This document shows, in pieces, positions 9,901-19,346 of a stretch of DNA of 64,000 nt. Position numbers and translations under genes: made by a program. Origin of the DNA: Amphiscolops sp. MND2022 (taxonomy: Eukaryota). How positions within the stretch are numbered: position 1 is the first letter of the stretch; the number at the start of each line of letters is the position of its first letter. The notes below the pieces were generated by a model. It worked only from the letters and a program-made list of their open reading frames with translations, had not been told where the DNA came from and made no database searches. Location of the stretch: positions 9,982,001-10,046,000 of the forward strand of contig OZ076412.1 of the NCBI GenBank assembly GCA_964187785.1, given 5' to 3'.

Positions 9901-10853
9901 TGTCTTCTCAACAGAGCCACATCCTGAGGGCTTAACGCTAACCCACCGGGACCACTCAGGGGATCTTCCTCTTGACCTAAAACATCAACCCCCTGGCTAA
10001 AACCTGACGAATAAAATACAAGATCACCCTCCCTTCCCCAGTTTGAACATAAAAATACCTCACAATTAACCCAAATAACGACCCTACCCAAAATATATAA
10101 ATAATACTAACTACTCAAAGGATTAGCTGCAACGGTACCCGGAGGAGGAGACGACGAAGAATCCCTTGAATTCCGACTGCGTTTGCTGGGGGTCACGATT
10201 TTCACGGAAGTCTTCCGTGACCTGCTCAGTTTTGAACCTACAACAATCACACCCCCTTTTTGACTCACCCGTATACAACGCGGAAAACGTCCCCAACAAA
10301 TAACAACAAAACTGCCAAGTAACCTTTCAGAACTCCGGGGCGGGGATCAGCCTCACCTTCGTGAGACTCTTCGCTAGTGTCCAAACGTTGTTGTGAGTCA
10401 GCTATTAACCCAGAAAGCCCAGGTCCACTAACTCCAACTGCAGTGCCACCCGGATCTGCGGCGGAACAACTGACTGCTTCAGTCGTTGGAAGGTCAAACT
10501 CTGAGACTTTAGACAACACTGTAGTCAGCATCTCGCTAACAGTAAGCAATGGAGCCGTCGACAAAACGGAAGACACAGGTGGCAGTTTGGAAAAGGACTC
10601 AGGTAACCCTCCGTCACCCCCAAAGGAAGAACTGGCCGGGACAGTCCCGGGAACAACAGAGGAGGAAGCAGGTTGAGTTACTGAAAATCAAGATCTGGTT
10701 TGACGCGTCAGAGTTACGGGTAAGACTGGAAAAGGCTGATCACCAAAACAACAGTCCAATTACCCAAGTGAGTCAGAAAGATTTTTACCAACCTGGAACA
10801 TGACACACAGGATCGCCTTCTGAATGCAGAACATCATCGTCGTCCTTATCCAT
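6980..10853 (-). pseudogene. Antisense multi-exon gene resembling a hAT transposase without recognisable catalytic residues; this copy has frameshifts
   Basis: ATG at 10853; GT-AG introns at 10792-10681, 9147-9069 and 8270-8220 (others probable); Zn finger CRVC..H..SDGH; WSRSETV|SFLCQGLAP; LIELWPSIRPY; FRSKCRSFL..L; covers ORF-track ORFs 10265-10576, 9798-10091, 9001-9825, 8371-8958 and 6980-8146. Confidence 0.65.
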
Positions 10854-11009
10854 AAGTAGAAAGAATCTGAAACAAAAAAATTACAATCAAAAGTGAACAA
10901 AGAAAAGAAAAATGACGGAGCTACCCCGGAATAATAATGTCATGAGAAGAACTAAATCCAGAAAAATCAAGGAGGAAAACCTAAAAGAAAAAAGGCATTT
11001 TCAAAATCA

Positions 11010-11167
11010 TGACGTCACGCGAATTATTCCCAGAAAAGGAATTGATGACGTCATGATGTAGCTCAAAATTGGAAACTCATTTCACGGTTCAGCCAATCAC
11101 AGCGCAGATGGAAACGAAACGCTTCCGAAGAAAAACGAACTTGAATAAAAGAAAAATAACAGCCAAT
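11010..11167. promoter_or_regulatory. Putative bidirectional internal promoter
   Basis: TGACGTCA (CRE) at 11010 and 11046; AGCCAAT at 11091 and 11161; sits between the divergent ATGs at 10853(-) and 11268(+). Confidence 0.55.
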
Positions 11168-11267
11168 AGGAATGCAGGAAAAACACGAACGAAAAGAGAG
11201 TTGACCTCTACATTTGCCGCATTCTAAACGTAAAGATAAGTCAGTTTGTAATAATCTCAAATTCAAA

Positions 11268-12002
11268 ATGAGCAACTACGACTTGGTTATTGACATCTCT
11301 TCCGACGAAGAAGAACGAGATAACGGCGTACGACAAAGTACCCCCATTAAAGTACTCCCGCTTAACGTGATAACAACGTTGGATCTTTCCGGATCTTCGT
11401 TGGAAGCTACAAAAGGCAGCACGGAGGAGATGATGTCGTCCGTTAACGACCTCAACTTATCAGACATCTCCGCTTCTACCTTTGAAACAATCGGCACTCC
11501 GAAGAAGATCACATTTAGTACCGCAAGCCCTGGAGAGGAATTCATAGTAGAAAACCAAAGTGCAATTTCGTCCGACGAAAGTTATTTCGAAGAGCCGGAC
11601 ACTCCCCGTCAGTTGCCCCCACTACAGCATGCACCTGTTTTACGAGACGTGACGAACAAAGAGCTCCCGTACAACGGACCGCCCCCGAAAATTGACAGAC
11701 TCGACGACTTAACGGAACCGTCAGTAGAAGAGGTCGAAAACGCCTATGGCATAGATCTACAAAGCAGCCGAGAGTACAGCCCGTTGTGCGGACGGGGAAC
11801 GCGCTATACTTCTACAAAACTGGCAAGAGCACGAAAACAACCAGTACTGATCACCAGAGAGATTCCCCATTGCCCCAGACCGTGGTCAACAGGCTATAGA
11901 GGCGCCCTGTCACGACCCGCTCCCGGTCGGGACTTCACTTGCTGTGGAGGAATACCGCAATTCACGCGAGGAAAAGGACACGGCAGAGCTACACAACATT
12001 GA
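11268..12002 (+). CDS. Extra sense ORF of unknown function (S/T/E/P-rich, probably disordered)
   Basis: First ATG (AAAATGAGC) inside ORF 11214-12002; no transmembrane segment or signal peptide; 3' end may be frameshifted. Confidence 0.55.
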   Translation: MSNYDLVIDISSDEEERDNGVRQSTPIKVLPLNVITTLDLSGSSLEATKGSTEEMMSSVNDLNLSDISASTFETIGTPKKITFSTASPGEEFIVENQSAISSDESYFEEPDTPRQLPPLQHAPVLRDVTNKELPYNGPPPKIDRLDDLTEPSVEEVENAYGIDLQSSREYSPLCGRGTRYTSTKLARARKQPVLITREIPHCPRPWSTGYRGALSRPAPGRDFTCCGGIPQFTRGKGHGRATQH

Positions 12003-13490
12003 GTAAACTCTATTTAATGCCTTACCTTTTATCCAAACAGTAGCACGAATTAAGTTTAACGGAAGCTCAACGTAAATTATTCAAAAATGATTTAGACAAA
12101 AAGAAAACTTCCGGTTTAATGATTTCACATGCAATCGTTTCATCACTTCCGGTTTCGACTGATGAAAATTCCATGCCAATCTAAATACTAAAAAGGAAAC
12201 ATTCCTAACACTGGGATCAATTTTTCTTTTCTCCACACTAAAATGAAAACACTAAAACAATATTTAATTCCGTGATCCCAACGGAACGCATACGATCTAA
12301 AATGAAAAGAACATAGAAATAGTTTAGTACAGTTGTTTCCAAAACCAGAAGTAGTCGTAAAAAGCCACTCAAATCACAGTCAAGTAATTTGAATAAACTT
12401 TTACAAAGCTATGGCAGCGTCACTCAAATAAACAAGCTAATAGTATTCCTAATTTTACGGACCAATAGCGTCACAGCTAAAAGCCGGTATGTTTGCGCTC
12501 AAGCTAGTAAGGACCATCCTAGTGACGTCATTAAGAATTTAAAGATGGCGAATTACTCCGCTTTAGCTCCACTAGCAGTTAAGAAAGTTATAGCTAATCT
12601 TAATACGTACGGAGCGCTTACGGGGCAAATTGTAAATCGACGAAGTTATACCTAATGTTAATACATGTAAGACGACAATGGAAAAACCTAAAACCTGGGA
12701 ACTACTCTAATACATCAAAACATTCTTAAGAAAATGTAGAATTACATCAGAATGCCTAAAACGTCACTATGTCTAATTATTACCTCTCCGAACCTTTTCC
12801 GTTTTAGTGATTGATTAAAAAGTTCGTGCTGTTAATTAGGATAAAAGTGAATCCTTACAAAAGGGTGCTTCTTCCTATTCTGTAGAAGAATATTTTGTGT
12901 ATTAATTACGTTGTAGAAACGTTGCTTTCGTGCATATGCTATTTAATTGTTGCATTTGTCAGTGTTAACTGACTCAATTCATGTAAAGTTAGATAGATTA
13001 TTGTTGGTTGTTTTCTGATTTACAATAATCAGGTTTTTTAGTTCGTATTCATCACTTTTCCAGCATCATTTGTTCCTTCTCAAATATCTCAGTTTATCAA
13101 TCCAAAATTCGCCCGAGATATCTCCGTAACAAATTTCGCTTGTCATTCTTTTATCGCAAGCTGAAAGTTTGCCACTCGTAAAGTGAATCATCGTTCATGC
13201 CCGCGTGCTTTCCGCGATAAAGTTTCAACTAGACATTTGTTTTGCCGCCTTTTTCCGCGATCAAACCGGAAATGATGTTAATGAACAAAAATGATTTCAA
13301 CAAGTACTCCGTAAGGGAACCGTGACTAGGAATTTTAAATCATGAACAATTAATAAAAGGGTTGAAATAATAAGGATGATTAAGCCTTTTTGTTGAACAA
13401 AACCGATTTTAAGGATTCCTAGGAATTTTTAGGTGAGGAACAAATGATGCTGTGAAAGTATATATACCTAGGGATTTGTAAAATAAGTGA

Positions 13491-13971
13491 ATCTGTTTTC
13501 TTAACCTGCTACGTTAATACTCCGTTTAAAAACCATATTTCTTTGAAGAATTCGAGTTTTCCAAAGAACAATTTTCCTTCTCTTCTAAAATGACTACTAG
13601 AAGCCAGAAAAGAAAAACTATCGAGGAATTAGTTTCCACTGAAATCGAGACTCCGATACCTGAGGCTAACCAAAACCTAAATCCCGTAGCGGGAACGAGC
13701 AAATCTCCTAGAATACTCACCGAAAACCTAGAAGAAATTAGATCTTCCCTGAGAAGAGAGATAATGTCCGATCTCACTAAAATTCTAGCTGAGAACCAAA
13801 AGGAAATGTTAAAACTAATAGCCCCAGTAACTAAAAAACATGCTGAAGCCAGAGCATCCGAAGAAACTGATTCTGATCCCGAGAACATCCCGGAAAATGC
13901 GACATCAACACCAATAGAAACCAAAACCACTGCGACTACTCGTAAAATCACACCGGTAAGCAGTCGTAACA
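13491..13971 (+). repeat. 3' LTR (minimum extent; true start upstream, candidate TGTAA at 12631)
   Basis: About 99% identical to 1-481; followed by unrelated GGCAT... instead of a PBS. Confidence 0.93.
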
Positions 13972-14199
13972 GGCATAATTTCTCTTCACTTTCGATGACT
14001 GATCAATCACCCTTCTTCACTTCTTTTAGGCAGAAAACAACGAGGGATCAAATCAACAATGCAAACTCTTCTATGACAACGATGTAATCGAAAAAAAAAG
14101 AAAATATTGTTTTGCAATGGAACTAGACGCTATGTTTTCACCCTCCTTCCACAAATCACACTATACATTTTGAGACATGAATGTACATGCAGAACCCAC

Positions 14200-14530
14200 T
14201 AAACTAATTTTTCAAACATTTTCTTAGAAAATTGTGTCTCGAAATGTTTGCCAATGAATTATTTTCCAGATGAATACTCTTTTTCATGGAAATCAAACGT
14301 TGTTGGATGTAAATGCCACTGTCGAGTTTGAAATGAATGAAATTAAACTGCCAAAACTGCTGAAAAATTGTCGAAAACCCAAATCGTCGAAGACGAGCAG
14401 TTTTTGAGAACAAGAAGAGTTGTTTCCATTTAAAAAAAAAAACAAAAAAGAGATTCAAACTTATCAACTTGAAGCATACTACGGCGTTCTTCTTTAACAA
14501 CGTTTGCAAACACACTCACTCTAAAGACTA
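14200..14530. repeat. Diverged dispersed repeat, second copy at ~18660-19030
   Basis: Shared collinear blocks TTTTTCATGGAAATCA, GTAAATGC.ACTG.CGAGTTTG, AAGAGTTGTTTCCAT and TACGGCGT. Confidence 0.6.
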
Positions 14531-15299
14531 AAAACCACGTGCTCTCTTGGGACACATTTATTCCCGCGATGACGCGCAAAGATAATTGTAACAATTATAA
14601 TTTTTTAGCATTGAAAACTCTTTAGATTTTTTTAACGAAAGGCAGGGCCAGCCAAAACTACAACAGCTAACTAGCGAACTCCAAAACCGTTTTTGAATAA
14701 ATGAATTGATTTCATACTTGCTGGACATACAATGTTTTTGGGCGATAGGTTTTTGGTACTCTTGTATAATAATTTGTTTGAAGTTGACAACGGGTCCGTC
14801 GCTGTTATACGAAGGTACCAAAAACGTTGCGACCAGAAACATTTTCTTTCCAGCAATTTTAGATTCAGTTTAGTACTTTAAAAACGGTTTTGAAGGTTGC
14901 TAACTAGCCGCTGTGTTTTTCGGTGGCCGTGGTTAACTTTATTATTATTGACATCTTTTGCATTCCAATTTGATGACATGTGCTTAGTACTAATTCTGAT
15001 AAATGGCAAAAAAACCTTCAAAAAAAGCAGCGCTTTGAAAAATTGATATCAATATTGCAAAATTTTGTTTCACAAAGTTAGAATTGAAATGATGGAGGAT
15101 AATGTAATACAAAACCCAAACACTTTTTTTTATCGTTTTGATATCAAAGTAGCTGGCGCTATTACTCTGTGAATTTGACGTTTGTAGTAGTTTATCAACT
15201 TTCAATTGCCATATTGTTAACCGGCTTCCATTTGAAATAGCGAAAATTTATCTAAGGAGAATACAAACAATATATTGAATTAGAGCTCTTTAACAAATT

Positions 15300-18200
15300 T
15301 AGATACTCCTATTCGCTATAAGGACTTTTAAGTCTGGGGCTGGGTACTCTTCCATTTGGGCTGCTGGGTGTGCTTGGAGTATTCGCCGCAGTTTATTCTC
15401 AGATATGCACTGCAAAACAGGATATGCCTACAAAACAGGATGCACTACGTACCATTGCATTTTCGAGGATGTGAGAACTAAAAACTGCTGGACGCGGGAG
15501 CTCTTCAAAGTGGCACTTTGAAGAGCTCCCGCGTCCAGCAGTGTTTAGTTCTCATATCCTCGAAAATGCAGTGGGACGTAGTGCATCCTGTTTTGTCGGT
15601 AGAGCTGTAGAGTGGGCCTCAATTGTCTGATATTCGTCGTTTTCGGTTGGTTATTTTGCTGTTGTTGGGCAGAATTTAGTTGCTGCCTCGTTACAGTTGC
15701 ATAGTCGGAGGTTCTGTCAGAGTAGTGCAGTCTGTCGTACAACAACCATAGGACTTGGAAGTTGTTGGATTAAACTTTGCCTACGTAGAATTTGGTAGAA
15801 GACTTTGTTTGTTTGCCAGAATGCTGCCGACATTATGGCGTCTGGTTCTGCAAGTTGTCGTGAGTTGTTGGTTTAAGTATATTGCGTGAACTTTTGATCT
15901 GGTTTGGTATTGGATAATGTGACTTTACAATTTTTCACTTGGACTCGAATGCTTCGTTGTATTCCACGTCGTAGCAATCAATGTGGTCATCATTCGTAGC
16001 GGGTAAGCTTTTTTCCGGTGTGATGGGGGTCACTGCTTCACGGTTGTTTTGGGACTGCTTGAAGTCCCGACGGAATTCTCGATTTTCCGCTGTTGACTGC
16101 TGATTGTATGGGCATTTCGGTAAGCGGAAGTTTCTTGTCTCTGCAGTCCCGTAGGGAATGTCCAACTTTACCACAGATTTGATAAACTTGCATAAAGTTG
16201 TACATCAATTGTCCGGTTGATGTTGGCTATTGTTGTCCGATTGGGGACGTTCTTGAGGTTTGATGTTGATTCCTTTTGCTTCATCTCTCAGACATTTGCG
16301 TCATTGTGGCCTACTATGATGCAGTATCGGCAATTGCTTTTGAATTTGTGCTCGACTTCCTTGCTGGTTGTTGGTTTGCCAGTGTTGTTAGTGGCTGAAG
16401 TTGGTTGAGTCCCGCGTTGCCGTTCCTGGTGGTTGTAAATTTGGTTTAACGGTTGTATACCAGAAGTACCAGAGAGCAGTTGTGCGTTTTGCATAGTCGT
16501 TGCACGAACGTTGTTTTTCCTCCCTCTGATGTTGCATCATGTTTCCCTGCCAATGGCGAGTTCGTTGTGAATCTGGAGTGGGAGTTTTGCGAATAGAAAT
16601 TTTTCAGCAATTTCACTTGTCTTCTCGTCCTAAGCCTATTTGGTTGTTTTCTTGAATTTCTGCAAGAAATCCGTGAGTTACTCTGTTGTCGAGTCATACC
16701 TCGTTTGGTCTAATTTGTATTTTGACACTTGCTTGAGGTCTTCTTTTACGTATTCTTTGTTGAACAATTCCAAGGTGTCTATCAGGAGGCGTCACCCATG
16801 AGTTTTGCTCTTGTCAATTTATGCATATGAGGACTGAGGTGATTTTTGAGGAGATGCTCCATATCGTTGTATTTCTCACGATTTCTTCGGAATAGCAGAA
16901 CTTCGGTTTGTAGTATTTTGGGTTGAAACAACCCATCGGTCCTTGTTGACCGCAGTTTCTGGATTTCTGTCATGACATATTGCATGTGTAGTTCGTGGCA
17001 TAGTTGGGGAGTTCTTCGTGGCTGGTTTGTTTTGGGTGTCGGATTTGGTGGATTCTCCGAGACTCCTGGCACCATGTCAGAGAGACTTGACGCCTTATCT
17101 TTGTGGACGTTTTGGGCACTCTCTTCTCTATTGCTAAAGGCATTTTTTTCTGCGAGCGCTCTAACCATGCTTGTCAATTCCAGAATTTGATGGTTCATAT
17201 CCATTAATCGCTGTTCCATGCTGATTCTCTCACAATCTCTTTCATGAGCTTGGACTGTTTCCTCATTAGGCTCACAAAGGTGGTTTCTCGAACAAAGATC
17301 AGAGAAATTGGTATTACTTCCATTGTCACTAAATGTTTCTACTTGTTCAGCTTGATTCCTTTCGAGAGTTCGTGATCTCGTGATTACCATAGAAAGGAGG
17401 TTGTATGGTTTGAGGAGTGATTTTTGTAGAGTTCAAATCAAATTTTACGTTTCAGTTTATTATCAGTTTTACAATGCAGAATTACTGCTGATGAATAGCA
17501 CGTCTCTACGTCGAGGTTACAAGTTTTTCAGTGAACAATTTCCATTGCGCAATTGTTACTTCAATTTGTTGTTTGCGCGTTGGTATCACATGACTAAATG
17601 CGTACTTTCGGTTGGTTCGTACTTAAGGTGCTAAATATTATATCATGGTATTATGTACGACTGGTTACTGCAGTTGTTGTTTATCATCATAATTGCATCT
17701 TCGCAGCTGTTATTGCCTGCTCTGGTATAAATATATGTTGTTAAATCTCACAGCAAGTGCTAATAACTACTAATGATTGCAGTTTTAACCATGGTTACAT
17801 GTACTTTTGCAAAGGACTGTTTATAAACTTCCACTTGTTTAAAACGATACTTCGTATACTGATGACGACTGAAGGTTGTGGTCGTTATCATGATTTCACT
17901 TTTTTTTACAAATGATGGGTACTATGGCTAGTAAATGCACAAATCGGCGCATTAATAACTACATGATCAGGGAAATGAAGTATTTTGAACTCCATTCAAA
18001 ATGCTTAAATGGTGACGACTGGTTAGGTCAGTCGTTGTTTCTTCGAAATCATTTTTGAAATACTAGTTCACTTGAAACTGAGTTTCAAGTTCTTGACGAC
18101 TGGGTATGTTGTCCTTCAATCACTTCATGCTATTGGGTAGGACATTCACTCAAAGAAAGCAATAACCCTGATTGGCCAATCAAAACGCTTCTGTACGTTG

Positions 18201-18534
18201 AAGATGAAATTGCATTGATTCAATAAACGTGAAGAGCAGTTCACAAACTAACTTTGGTCGAACTGTAAGACCAGTGTCTGATGGAATAGAAACGAGCCGA
18301 GATGTTGTTGTAAAAGAAGTTACAGCTCTTAGACACGAGTTACGGGACTGCATGGGCCTATAAATGACTTGATCCTTAAACTCGTTATCTGCCCTAGTCG
18401 AGACTGCTGAAACTTTTTACAATAAAAAAAACACTCTTTTCCAAATAAAACTTGGAAATTTCAATCAGCGTCTTGTAAAAGTACATTGCATTAAAACAGA
18501 ATTACCACAACTAGACGTGATTACCAGTATGACA
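15300..18534 (-). mobile_element. Degenerate, 3'-truncated Ty3/gypsy element (LTR ~18534-17075, PBS, gag remnant, start of protease)
   Basis: MVITRSR.. ORF starts in the LTR; TCTGACA|TGGTGCCAGGAG junction at 17075/17074; TGTCA..TGACA ends; RMHYVPLHF..LLDAGALQSA..RRILQAHP protease remnant. Confidence 0.8.
15430..15596. repeat. Inverted duplication (~83 bp arms, almost no spacer) inside the protease remnant
   Basis: ACAAAACAGGATGCACTACG...CTTCAAAGTG followed by its reverse complement CACTTTGAAG...CATCCTGTTTTGT, with few mismatches. Confidence 0.95.
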
Positions 18535-19346
18535 GAAAATGTGAAATTGGGAAAATTATGCAAGACATTATGCAAGTATATTGCACAATGTAGCTGACGT
18601 TTCAACCACTTGTTAATTTAACGTTTCTCATTGCAGAACTCATTCAATCGTTTTTCAAAATTTTTCTAAAAAACATGTAACTTGAAGTTTTTTGCCAGTG
18701 ACTATTTTTCTGGATGAAATATATTTTTTTTCATGGAAATCAGTCGCTGCTCTCAGTAAATGCTACTGCCGAGTTTGTAACGAGCCAAAAGAAAAACCCA
18801 AACTGCCGAAAAGTTGTCGAAAACACAAACCAACCTCTTTTACCCAAGATGATCAACTGACTGTACCACATTCGTCGAATCCCATGTCAAAGGTGAGCGT
18901 TCGTTGAAAACAGTAAGAGTTGTTTCCATAAAAAGAAACAATAACGAGATTCCAACCTCTCAACTTGATACAAATTACGGCGTCCATCTTCAACAATTTC
19001 TGCAAAACCATTCACTCAGTGAGACTCAAACTCTGGTTGCAACAGCTAGAAATGTTTTACGAATTTTTGTAGGTTACTGTCGCAACCCAGAAGTTGCGTG
19101 GAACCCGTGGAGCAACACTGATTGAAGGAAACAGAGCACTCCCCCTGCGTTTTTAAACTGTGAAACTTTCACTTAGAAAACTCGGTCTGCTTTCATTTGT
19201 TTTTTCTTCTTTGGAGGTCTTGTAAATATTTTATACAATTCAACTTGAAAAGGGTCTAGTTTTATATACTTTTGAGAGCTCATGATTGTCTAAAACCAGG
19301 TTTAAAGTAGAGCAAACAAGTGCTGATGAGTAATAAGTTACGTAAT

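Larger units (their letters stand above)
1..13971 (+). mobile_element. Ty3/gypsy LTR retrotransposon, near-intact, with ~6 kb extra cargo between pol and the 3' LTR (5' LTR cut by window edge)
   Basis: 1-481 is repeated at 13491-13971 (5 substitutions in 481 bp); both copies end ...GTCGTAACA; PBS at 482; gag; pol with PR-RT-RH-IN order. Confidence 0.95.

Noticed and set aside
6980-12002. env gene
   Set aside because: Wrong strand for most ORFs; no signal peptide, furin site or C-terminal TM segment.
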